64,000 bases of DNA from Mizuhopecten yessoensis (lineage: Eukaryota). Made by a program: the position numbers and the translations under genes. Location: NCBI RefSeq assembly GCF_002113885.1, contig NW_018479974.1, positions 1 to 64,000 of the forward strand, given 5' to 3'. Below the pieces are notes generated by a model, which worked only from the letters and a program-made list of their open reading frames with translations, did not search any database and was not told where the DNA came from. This document shows, in pieces, positions 1-11,351 of this stretch. The stretch's first letter is position 1, and the number at the start of each line of letters is the position of its first letter.

Positions 1-3000
1 GTAGTGACAGACTTTGGTATGGTGGTAGTGATAGACTGTAATATGATAGTAATGACAGACTTAGGTATGGTGGCAGGGACAGACATTGGTATAGTGGTAG
101 TGAAAAGACTTTGGTATGGTTGGTAGTGACAGACTTTGGGATGGTGGGAGTGACAGACTTAGGTATGGTGGTAGTGACATACTTTGGTATGGTGGTATTG
201 AAAGACTTTGATATCGTGGTAGTGACAGACTTTGGTATGGTGATAGTGACAGACTTTGGTATTATGGTAGTGACAGACTTTGGTATATATGGTGGTTTTG
301 ACAGACTTTGGTTTGGTGGTAGCGACAGACTTAGGTATGGTGATAGTGACAGACTTTGGTATTATGGTAGTGACAGACTTTGGTATGGTGGTAGTTACAG
401 ACTTTGGTATGGTTGGTAGTGACAGACTTTGGGATGGTGGGAGTGACAGACTTAGGTATGGTGGTAGTGACAGACTTTTGTATGGCGGTAGTGACAGAAT
501 TTGGTATGGTGGTAGTGACATACTTTGGTATGGTGGCAATGACAGACTTTGGTATTGTGGTAGTGACAGACTTAGGTATGGTGGTAGTGACACACTTTGG
601 TATGGTCGCAATGACAGACTTTGGTATTGTGGTAGTGACAGACTTAGGTATGGTGGTAGTGACATACTTTGGTATGGTCGCAATGACAGACTTTGGTATT
701 GTGGTAGTGACAGACTTAGGTATGGTGGTAGTGACAGACTTTGGTAGGATGGTAGTGACAGACTTTGGTATGGTTGGTAGGGACAGACTTTGGGATGGTG
801 GTAGTGACAGACTTAGGTATGGTGGTAGCGACACACTAAGGTATGGTGGTAGTGACATTCTTTGGTATGGTGGCAGTGACAGACATTGTTATAGTGGTAA
901 TGAAAGACTTTGGTCTGTGGTAGTGACAGGCTTTAGTATGGTGGTAGTGACATACTTTGGTATGGTCGCAATGACAGACTTTGGCATTGTGGTAGTGACA
1001 GACTTAGGTATGGTGGTAGTGACATACTTTGGTATGGTGGCAATGACAGACTTTGGTATTGTGGTAGTGACAGACTTAGGTATGGTGGTAGCGACACACT
1101 AAGGTATGGTGGTAGTGACATTCTTTGGTATGGTGGCAGTGACAGACATTGTTATAGTGGTAATGAAAGACTTTGGTCTGTGGTAGTGACAGGCTTTAGT
1201 ATGGTGGTAGTGACATACTTTGGTATGGTGGCAATGACAGACTTTGGTATTGTGGTAGTGACAGACTTAGGTATGGTGGTAGCGACACACTAAGGTATGG
1301 TGGTAGTGACATTCTTTGGTATGGTGGCAGTGACAGACATTGTTATAGTGGTAATGAAAGACTTTGGTCTGTGGTAGTGACAGGCTTTAGTTTGGTGGTA
1401 GTGACATACTTTGGTATGGTGGTAGTGAAAGACCTAGATATGGTGGTATTGACAGACTTTAGTATGGTGGTAGTGACAGACTTTGGTATGGTGATAGTGA
1501 CAGACTTTGGTATTATGGTAGTGACAGACTTTGGTATATATGGTGGTTTTGACAGACTTTGGTTTGGTGGTAGCGACAGACTTAGGTATGGTGATAGTGA
1601 CAGACTTTGGTATGGTGGTAGTGACAGACTTTGGTATGACTGGAAGTGACAGACTTTGGTATGGTTGGTAGTGACAGACTTTGGGATGGTGGGAGTGACA
1701 GACTTAGGTATGGTGGTAGTGACATACTTTGGTATGGTGGCAATGACAGACTTTGGTATTGTGGTAGTGACAGACTTAGGTATGGTGGTAGTGACACACT
1801 TTGGTATGGTCGCAATGACAGACTTTGGCATTGTGGTAGTGACAGACTTAGGTATGGTGGTAGTGACACACTTTGGTATGGTCGCAATGACAGACTTTGG
1901 TATTGTGGTAGTGACAGACTTAGGTATGGTGGTAGCGACACACTAAGGTATGGTGGTAGTGACATTCTTTGGTATGGTGGCAGTGACAGACATTGTTATA
2001 GTGGTAATGAAAGACTTTGGTCTGTGGTAGTGACAGGCTTTAGTTTGGTGGTAGTGACATACTTTGGTATGGTGGTATTGAAAGACTTTGATATCGTGGT
2101 AGTGACAGACTTTGGTATGGTGATAGTGACAGACTTTGGTATTATGGTAGTGACAGACTTTGGTATGGTGGTAGTGATAGACTGTAATATGATAGTAATG
2201 ACAGACTTAGCTATGGTGGCAGGGACAGACATTGGTATAGTGGTAGTGAAAAGACTTTGGTATGGTTGGTAGTGACAGACTTTGGTATTGTGGTAGTGAC
2301 AGACTTAGGTATGGTGGTAGCGACACACTAAGGTATGGTGGTAGTGACATTCTTTGGTATGGTGGCAGTGACAGACATTGTTATAGTGGTAATGAAAGAC
2401 TTTGGTCTGTGGTAGTGACAGGCTTTAGTATGGTGGTAGTGACATACTTTGGTATGGTCGCAATGACAGACTTTGGTATTGTGGTAGTGACAGACTTAGG
2501 TATGGTGGTAGTGACAAACCTTGGTGGTAGTGACAGACTTTGGTAGGATGGTAGTGACAGACGTTGGTATGGTTGGTAGTGACAGACTTTGGTAGTGACA
2601 GGCATTGGTATAGTGGTAGTGAAAGACTTTGGTATGGTGGTAGTGACAGACTTAGGTATGGTGGTAGTGACAGACTTTTGTATGGTGGTAGTGACAGAAT
2701 TTGGTATGGTGGTAGTGACTTACTTTTGTATGGTGGTAGTGACTTACTTTGGTATGGTGGTAGTGATAATCTTAGATATGGTGGTTTTGACAGACTTTGG
2801 TTTGGTGGTAGCGACAGACTTAGGTATGGTGATAGTGACAGACTTTGGTATGGTGGTAGTGACAGACTTTGGTATAGTGATAGTGACAGACTTTCGTTTG
2901 GTGGTCGTGACAGACTTTGGTATGGTGGTAGTTATAGACTTCGGTATGGTGGTAGTGACAGACGTTGGTATGGTGGTAGTGACAGAAATTGATATGGTCT

Positions 3001-3572
3001 TAGAGACTGACTTTGGTATTTTGATAATGATAGACTTTGGTATGGTGGTAGTGATATACTTTGGTATGGTGGTAGTGACAGACTTTGGTATGGTGATAGT
3101 GACAGGCTTTAGTATGGTGTTAGTGATAGACTTTGATATTGTGGTAGTGACAGACTTTGGTGTGGTGGTAGTGACAGACTTTGGTATGATGGTAGTGACA
3201 GACTGTGGTATGGTGGTAGTGACAGACTTAGGTATGGTGGTAGTGACAAACCTTGGTATGATGGTAGTGACAGAATTTGGTATGGTGGTAGATACCAAAG
3301 TCTGTCACTACCATAATACCAAAGTCTGTCACTATCACCATACCTAAGTCTGTCTCTACCACCAAACCAAAGTCTGTCAATACCACCATATCTAAGTTTA
3401 TCACTACCACCATACCAAAGTAAGTCACTACCACCATGCCAAAGTAAGTCACTACCACCATACCAAAGTAAGTGATAGACTTTGGTATGGTATGGTGGTA
3501 GTGACAGACTTTGGTATGGTTGGTAGTGACAGACTTTGGTATGGTGGTAGTGACAGACTTTGGTATACTGGT
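1..3572. repeat. 24-bp minisatellite (consensus GTAGTGACAGACTTTGGTATGGTG), >=145 units, with higher-order blocks and an internal inverted segment
   Basis: Direct periodicity. Marker variants such as GACAGACATTGTTATAGTGGTAATGAAAGAC recur several times. It runs off the window start. Confidence 0.97.
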
Positions 3573-5002
3573 AGTATTAGGTCACATACTTAATTGCACT
3601 TGTGATGGTTTAAAAACAATAAGCCCCTCGGCTGTGATAGTATTATTGGTCTACGATGCGTTTAGTGTAAATTCTGTCTACGGCTGAAGCTAGCCGGGGA
3701 GATTTTAAGTAAAAGTTCTATCCTATCATATTTCTATTCTGTTTTGATGTAATGTAAGTGTTCTGTGCTTTTCTATATTCTAATAAGGGAGCAGATTGCT
3801 TCCAATATTTGACAGCCTCATATTGACTACATCGATGAAATTAATTCCTTATTTCTAAGTAATTCGTATACATGTACTATACAAACATGCATTTGTAAGG
3901 ATCCAGTGTTATGTGAGAATTTTCCTTTGTTGTCACTTCATGGACTAATATGGCAATGTTATATGTACAATAAAAGATATCCAAAACAGCATCTCTATAT
4001 CTGTTCGCACTCACAAATATTGTAAATGATTAACACTACACATTTAACATAATTGAATTCGGTATTACTGTGTTTTCTTATCACTTACATACTTCAAACG
4101 ATGAACTCTTATGTATTCATTCAAGTAAATAAAACTCAATATAAAGATATCTGATAAAACTCATATTTATTCATTCAAGCAAGCACCATGAAATATTTAT
4201 GAAATTAATAAAATTATCAATAATATCCCGTAAAACAAATGTTGTAGCAAATGATGTTGCATAACAAATAAGACAAGCAATACCTACTATACAAAGTGCT
4301 CTTACAGTATATACCGAAGCATCGATAAAATATGCGATTTTTATCACAACAATTCATCCAAAAAACTACTAGCCATCAAAATCTAGGCAAAAGTTCTTTT
4401 AAGCTCCAACATATCTAGTTCATAAAATAGTAATTACAATGTATTACGCCTACAGAATAGTTTATTTCGTTTTTAGCTCTTTTTATTTTANGTCTTACAG
4501 TATATACCGAAGCATCGATAAAATATGCGTTTTTAGCTCTTTTTATTTTATATATTTACATTTGAACTACTTTCATTACACACCGTCAGTCCGAAGTTTA
4601 ATTTTAGATGAAGAGGGACGCTAACTAAAGTTAAATTTCTTAACAAATTAAACGTAAATTATAGTCAGCTACTTATATATTATATCTATGAAAACTCGAT
4701 TGATTAACAGTATAATGAAAATTATGCTCAGTAATAGTAGAGTAATATTTCCTACCCAGTATATAAATAGACTATGTATACAAGGGCTATGCACGCTATA
4801 TGGCTGGGAATGGTGGCAGTTTTTCAAATGTCTCATTACGTTAATTAAATATGCACAATAAGGTGGCATAGTATGTCATTTTCTATATTAATTATCTTTG
4901 CAAAAAATTCTATTCGGATTACATAACAATACTAGAAATAGTTCTTTCATACGGCTTACCTCCCTTACGACGATTACCCCGCCGCATATGATTAAGTGTC
5001 TG

Positions 5003-5862
5003 CTACAAGTGCAAAGCTATATTACGTATTTCACAACACCGACGATTTTCTGTCACAAGTGCATAGCTATATTACGTAATTTCACAACACCGACGATTTT
5101 CTGTCACAAGTGAATGCAGTTGTAGCTATATTACGTGTTTTCACAACACCGACGATTTTCTGTCACAAGTGAATACAGTTGTAGCTATATTACGTATTTT
5201 CACAACACCGACGATTTTCTGTAACAAGTGCATAGCTATGTTACGTATTTTCACAACACCGACGATTCTCTGTCACAATTGCATACAGTTGTAGCTATAT
5301 TACGGATTTTCACAACACCGACGATTTTCTGTCACAAGTGCATAGCTATGTTACGTATTTTCACAACACCGACGATTTTCTGTCACAAGTGAATGCAGTT
5401 GTAGCTATATTACGTATTTTCACAACACCGACGATTTTCTGTCACAAGTGCATACAGTTGTAGCTTTATTACGTGTTTTCACAACACCGACGATTTTCTG
5501 TCACAAGTGCATAGCTATATTACGTTTTTTCACAACACCGACGATTTTCTGTCACAGGTGCATAGCTATGTCACGTATTTTCACAACACCGACGATTTTC
5601 TGTCACAAGTGCATACAGTTGTAGCTATATAACGTATTTTCACTAGACTGACAATTTTCTGTCACAAGTGTATAGCTTTATTACGTATTTTCACAACACC
5701 GACGATTTTCTGTCACAGGTGCATAGCTATGTCACGTATTTTCACAACACCGACGATTTTCTGTCACAAGTGCATACAGTTGTAGCTATGTTACGTATTT
5801 TCACAACACCGACAATTTTTCTGTCACAAGTGCATAGCTATATTACGTATTTTCACAACATC
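5003..5862. repeat. 51/59-bp minisatellite (GTCACAAGTGCATA[CAGTTGTA]GCTATATTACGTATTTTCACAACACCGACGATTTTCT), about 15 units
   Basis: Two length variants differing by an 8-bp indel. It lies about 190 bp 3' of the cGLR stop codon. Confidence 0.95.
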
Positions 5863-6050
5863 GGGAACATCTGTATTCGATTTTTGTTCAGGACTTAATG
5901 CCCTCGCAATAGCTAAAGACATATGAACACGGTCTATAGTATATATTAGTATATACATAATTACTGCAACGCTAAATTATAGCTACAGTAAGTCGATCAG
6001 AATAAAATCATGAACATCCGCCGGTCTTAAAGGCGACCGAGTACAAACGT

Positions 6051-7347
6051 TCAGGCTTCAACATTATCAAGAAAAGGCTTGATAGCGCATGTGTCCACGT
6101 GTTGGGTCTTGTCCAGCAGTTGTTGAAGGTTGAAGTGCTTCAGAGCCTTTGTAAGATCAGCCCGTACCTGTTGTATCTCCCCATCAGAGCGCTCCTCAAA
6201 CAAGTTCACCACGGGAGTACTCCTGATGTGAAATGCGTAATCTGGGAAAAAGGAACCAAGGCTTGGATTGAAAGAGAAAAATTGTGGTAATTTACTTCTG
6301 GTCAAAGCGCTCTTTAGCATGAAGACCAGATAGCCGAGAGCCTCCGAGACACTTGACAACGACACGGCATTGACCTTGGTCAGACACAGCAGGCTGTGGA
6401 GCAAGACGTTCTTGATGTGGTAAGACGTAAGGACATGGTGAAGCTGTGAGCTACAATTCCGGTCTTTATCCTCGACGCGAAGACCTTTTAGGATTCGTGC
6501 AGCTCGGACAAGACGTTTGCCAGTAACATTTTCGACGCCCCATTTATCAAAAATATGCATTTCAAAATGCGAATGGGACACACGCCAAACCGTAGCGGGA
6601 TCCTGAATACGGACAGTCCGAGTGACGTTTTTAGAGCTTGGAATCCACCGAGTCACCACAAACTTCCTTAATGAGGAGGAGATGGCAGATATCTCGAAGC
6701 CTGGAACGACATCGATGCTGACCATCTGCCCATTTATGATGACATCTAGTTTGATCGCCGGTGCGCTGGCCTGTCTCCTAATATTGAAGGAACTCAAGGA
6801 AGGGTCTTGGTTGAACTTCTGTACTGCTGTGTCGATCAAACCCTTGAAGAGTTTGTCATGGAAAACCTGTGAGCTGACATACCTCTCACCATCTCTCCCT
6901 ACAAACAACTCTACCGGTCGGATGGCCACTTTATTACTTATTTTCTTGATACATATTTCTGCTAAACCCGGAGGCAGATTGTTCTCGGGAGTCTCTATCA
7001 CCTTCGCAGTGATGCCGTCGAAGGTAAAAGGCAGCAATGCATCAAACTCGTTAGCTGCCCCGACCTTCAGACCTTCCCTGGAGCCACCTTGTTTAAGAAA
7101 TGGCTTTAGTCTCAGAAAGGGATGCGTCGATTCAGCACGCTTAAGCTCTGTGTATAAACTCTTCAGCAGCTGATCAATTTGCACTTGTACACCTTGGAAA
7201 CTTGCACCCCTAATGTTGACGTTGTCATCGTAAAATCGCTTCAACTCCTTGTCCTCTGGTCCACACCAAACAGAATCATCGTTAGAGGGAGGTAACCAAC
7301 AGTTGGGAGCGCTCACACCATGCGCATACCAAGCGTCGCCATTTCCA
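6051..7347 (-). CDS. Mab-21/cGAS-like receptor (cGLR) nucleotidyltransferase, coding exon 2 (main exon)
   Basis: Motifs: QGGSREGLKVGAANEFD (hG[GS]...E-x-D, same spacing as cGAS GSYYEHVKISAPNEFD), SIDVVP (third acidic residue), WRVSHSHFE (cGAS WRLSFSHIE), LTSYHIKNVLLH (cGAS SSYHVKTAFFH) and LPQFF...VNLF. Splice acceptor ttttAG at 7349-7348. The frame is open from 7347 to TGA at 6053-6051. Confidence 0.92.
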
Positions 7348-7609
7348 CTAAAACGTAAAAAGCTTTAGCATGAATATACAGTTACCATGACTAGTAAAGA
7401 ATATGCATTATCATCTAGCTAGTGTCCTCCCAGAAGCAAGTACGTTGAAGCTTTGACCTCAAATTCAATAGCAGTCCATTATTCCAAATGATGATTAATT
7501 AACAGATATCAGTGTTGCAAACGCATCATATTTTTCGAGCAAGGAAATGTTTGTGTTTGTATTACATATTTATAAGAATACTGTCATGCAAATAATCACC
7601 ATATATTAA

Positions 7610-8851
7610 TAAGCTCACCTGGTCCAAAGGACCAAGGTGTGCTTATGCCATACCGTGGCGTCCGTCGTCCATCCGTCCGTCCGTCCGTCGTCCGTCCGTC
7701 AACAATTTCTTTAAACGACTTCTTCTTCTTAACCACTGATTGGAATTTAACTTAATTTGACTGGAAACATCCCTAGGTGGTGGGGATTCAAAATTGTACA
7801 AATGGTGGGGCTGAGGGGCGGTGCAAAAAGGGGGCAATTTGGCTAAACTGCTTTAAGCGACTTCTTCTCTGGAACTAAGTGATGGATATCAACCATATTA
7901 GACTGGAAGCATCCCTAGGTGGCGGAGATTCAAAATTGTACAAATGGTTGGGCTGACCCCCAAGGGGGCTGAGGGGCGGGGCCAAAAAGGGGTAATTTGG
8001 CTATATTACTACAAACGACTTCTTCTGTAGAACTATGCATTGGATATCAATCATATTAAATCAAAAGTATTCATGGGATGCAGGGATTCAAAATTGTACA
8101 AATGGTGGGGCTGACCTCCCAGGGGCTATATTGCTTTAAGCGACTTCTTCTCTGGAACTAAGTGATGGATATCAACCATATTAGACTGGAAGCATCCCTA
8201 GGTGGTGGGGATTCAAAATTGTACAAATGGTGGGGCTGACCCCCAGAGGGCTTAGGGCGGGGCCAAAAGGGGGCAATTTGGCTAGATTGCTATAAACGAC
8301 TTCTTCTGTAGAACTATGCATTGGATATCGATNAGATCCCCACCCCAAAACTATATATACAAATGCTGGGCATAAAGAGACGAATGCAGTCACAATATCA
8401 GAATAGACCCTCGGTCTGACCGAAACCCTAGGGACCTAGTTTCTTAGTCACAGCTTGGAAACAGTTGAGATCCCCGACCTATAACCATATAGACATTTGC
8501 TGAGTATAAAGAGATGAATGCACATATGCTTCCAGGATGGCCTTGGGGACTGCCCCAACCTTGGAGACTTAACCCCTGGGTCATAACTTTGAAACGGTTG
8601 AGATCCCCACCCCAAAACTATATACACAACCGTAGGGACCAAGTTTCTGAGTCACAGATTGGAAACAGTTGAGATCCCCACCCCATAACCATACATAAAA
8701 TTGCTGGGCATGAAAAATCGAATACAGATATATATGCTACAAGGATTGGCCTTGGGGTCTAGCATATTCCCATGGATCTCATTTGGAGAATATTCTGCCA
8801 TGATTGCTTAGATATCCAGGTGAGCGATACAGGCCCAATGGGCCTCTTGTT
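7610..8851 (+). mobile_element. Helentron-associated non-autonomous element (HINE/pearl/DINE-1-like) in cGLR intron 1
   Basis: 5' subterminal AGCTCACCTG, (GTCC)n microsatellite, internal tandem core repeats, 3' CAGGTGAGC, then hairpin AGGCCCAATGGGCCT and TTGTTT. The internal repeat type changes at the N at 8333. Confidence 0.75.
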
Positions 8852-8921
8852 TAATACGCAATACAAGGTTAAGTTTTTATGTACTCAACAATCCTGGACA
8901 AAGAACTTATATAAATACGAT

Positions 8922-9990
8922 AACTGGTCCCAGTTGTTATGTACACACGATACCAGGTCCCTGTTAGTATTTACGCACGATACCAGGTCCCAGGTAGTAT
9001 TTACACACGATATCAGGTCCCAGTTAGTATTAACGCACGATACCAGGTCCCTGTTAGTATTTACGCACGATACCAGGTCCCTGTTAGTATTTACGCACGA
9101 TACCAGGTCCCTGTTAGTATTTACGCACGATACCAGCTCCCAGGTAGTATTTACACACGATACCAGGTCCCAGTTAGTATTTACACACGATACCAAGTCC
9201 CAAGTAGTATTTACACACGATACCAGGTCCCAGTTAGTATTTACGCACGATACCAGGTCCCAGTTAGTACTTACACACGATACCAGGTCCCAGTTAATAT
9301 TTACGCACGATACCAGGTCCCAGTTAGTATTTACGCACGATACCAGGTCTCAGTTAGTATTTACACACGATACCAGGTCCCAGGTAGTATTTACACACGA
9401 TATCAGGTCCCAGTTAGTATTTACGCACGATACCAGGTCCCAGTTAGTATTTACACACGATACCAGGTCCCAGTTAGTATTTATACACGATACCAGGTCC
9501 TAGTATTTACACACGATACCAGGTCCCAGGTAGTATTTACACACGATACCAGGTCCCAGGTAGTATTTACGCACGATACCAGGTCCCAGTTAGTATTTAC
9601 ACACTATATCTGGTCCCAGTTACTATGTACACACGATGCCTGGTCCCAGTTGTTATGTACACACGATACCAGGTCCCAGTTATTATGATCACACTATACC
9701 TGGTCCCAGTTGTTATATTTAAACGATACCTGGTCCCAGTTGTTATGTACAAACGATATCACTCTGGTCCCAGTTGTAATGTACACACGATATCAATCTG
9801 GTCCCAGTTATTATGATCACACTATATCTGGTCCCAGTTGTTATGTACACAGGACATTTGGTCCCAGTTGGTATGCACACACGATACCTGGTCCCAGTGG
9901 TTTATATATATGATCACACTATATTTGGTCCCAGTTATTATGTACACACGATATCTGGTCCCAGTTGTTATGTACACCTGGTCCCGGATG
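8922..9990. repeat. 30-bp minisatellite (CACGATACCAGGTCCCAGTTAGTATTTACA) in cGLR intron 1
   Basis: Homogeneous central units with diverged edge units. Confidence 0.95.
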
Positions 9991-10573
9991 TTTATAAACA
10001 CGATATCTTGTCCACTCGAAATTAACTAGTTTCTATTTGATATTGCGTATTATTCGACACATCGTTGTAGTCTGCAGATGAACGTTACTTCTACGTATGT
10101 ACGTAAGTTTTAAGTGACAAATATGTGCATTTTGTTGTGTATATTAAAACGCTTTCATTCATTGAAATGAACTACTAGGCTAGCTACCACGTGTACAGTC
10201 GTTCATGGTTAGCGTCATTTACGGTGCCTCTGAAGTGATATGTACAACGCTACTTCTGTAATAGTATTAGATATAAAAAGCACAGAATTATACTAATAAG
10301 TAATAAAAGCTTAAAAGAACACATAGGTGGCTGAATATCCCGCCATACACAGTATTATTATTCTTTCCATACAATAACAAGTTCTTCACACTGACAACAT
10401 ACTAGCAATTTCAGTTTTTAGTATATATCCGCATGTTTAGCGAGGTTGTCGTTACGCTAGATCTATTTTGTATTAGTCTATTGTTAGCTTTTTAACCCTG
10501 ACGTCTAATATGTATGCACTGCAAAAATTGCACGACTTCTGTGACGGGAAATCTATACCGTTTTACTCGGATG

Positions 10574-10583
10574 GGGATTTTCC
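10574..10583 (+). promoter_or_regulatory. NF-kB-type site GGGATTTTCC in cGLR intron 1
   Basis: Exact match to GGGRNWYYCC, about 350 bp into intron 1. Confidence 0.4.
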
Positions 10584-10935
10584 TTAAATGAAGGGATCCT
10601 AACACTAAACAAATAATGCAGTCAGAAATTCCAACTCTGAACGGTACCGGTGCACACGCCATGCACGTGCACACTTCTGTCTACATTATGTGTAGACCGG
10701 TTAGGTGTAGCAGACGCATAAATGCATACATCATCGTTACTCCAGGCGCAACATGGTCCCTGTATCTATGACATTATTTGGTGTTTTCTTGAAATGCAGT
10801 CTGGTTTCGATGGGATTGCCAGTAACCTGGCTTGTCAAAGTTACTCCTACAATCAACTGTACAATTAATTTACCACGTGTCTCTACGATAAGGACCTTAA
10901 ATGCCTGTCTCCTCCAACCCAATAACTTGACTCAC

Positions 10936-10946
10936 CTGTCCGCCAT
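10936..10946 (-). CDS. cGLR coding exon 1 (11 coding nt: ATG GCG GAC AG)
   Basis: Good Kozak context (GCG ATG G) and an in-frame TGA 9 nt upstream. The donor AG|GTGAGT is a perfect consensus. Phase 2 matches the acceptor at 7347 (AG+T = Ser), giving MADSGNGDAWYAHGVSAPNCW... Confidence 0.8.
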
Positions 10947-11011
10947 CGCTGCTCAGCTTTGTTCAATGGATGCTCTCCACGTTGTGCATCAGGTGATATG
11001 CATTAGGTGAT

Positions 11012-11351
11012 AACGAAACCAAAAGTAGATCGTCTACCTCCTTCTGGGAAACCGAAATCTCTTTCTGGAAAAACGAATCCACCTGTTACTGGTTAGCCTG
11101 CTTCAAAGCTCCAACGCTCCTTTCTTCATGTAAAAAAAACTGTTAGGCCAGTGTACATTGAAATAAAAACACAAAGATCAGCACACCCGAAGGCAGTGAG
11201 TCAGTACGACACGAGACTGATTCAGAGTTTCGTCATCTTCAAATATATTTGTGGTCCTGCTTCTTATTAAGAGCTGAATAAAAAAAATCTTTCTGTATGT
11301 TAGTTTCACTCAACATCATTTGTGACGTCAAAATTCTTTGGAATGACGTCA
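11012..11351 (-). promoter_or_regulatory. Candidate immune-inducible promoter of the cGLR (IRF-E/ISRE, GAS, AP-1, 2x CRE)
   Basis: Plus-strand text: AACGAAACCAAAAGT 11012-11026; TTCTGGGAA 11042-11050 overlapping GGGAAACCGAAA 11046-11057; degenerate copy TTCTGGAAAAACGAA 11063-11077; TGAGTCA 11197-11203; TGACGTCA 11323-11330 and 11344-11351. Confidence 0.6.

Noticed and set aside
111-3461. Many overlapping ORFs (VVTDFGM / YGGSDRLW / TTTIPKSV repeats) resembling mucin or shell-matrix proteins
   Set aside because: They are translations of a 24-bp minisatellite open in several frames on both strands, with frameshifting 23/25-bp units and no splice or signal-peptide context.
4298-4550. Short duplications around the N at 4491
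   Set aside because: The duplicated segments flank a single-N contig join, so an assembly or haplotype-overlap artefact is most likely.
6622-7173. 183-aa plus-strand ORF
   Set aside because: Antisense shadow of the cGLR exon with no recognisable motif.
7313-7342. Short out-of-frame ORF MATLGMRMV* at the start of cGLR exon 2
   Set aside because: It lies downstream of the inferred true start in exon 1, so it is not an upstream ORF unless leaky scanning or another first exon is shown.
8772-9688. 243-aa and 249-aa repeat ORFs
   Set aside because: 30-bp intronic minisatellite antisense to the cGLR, open in two frames.
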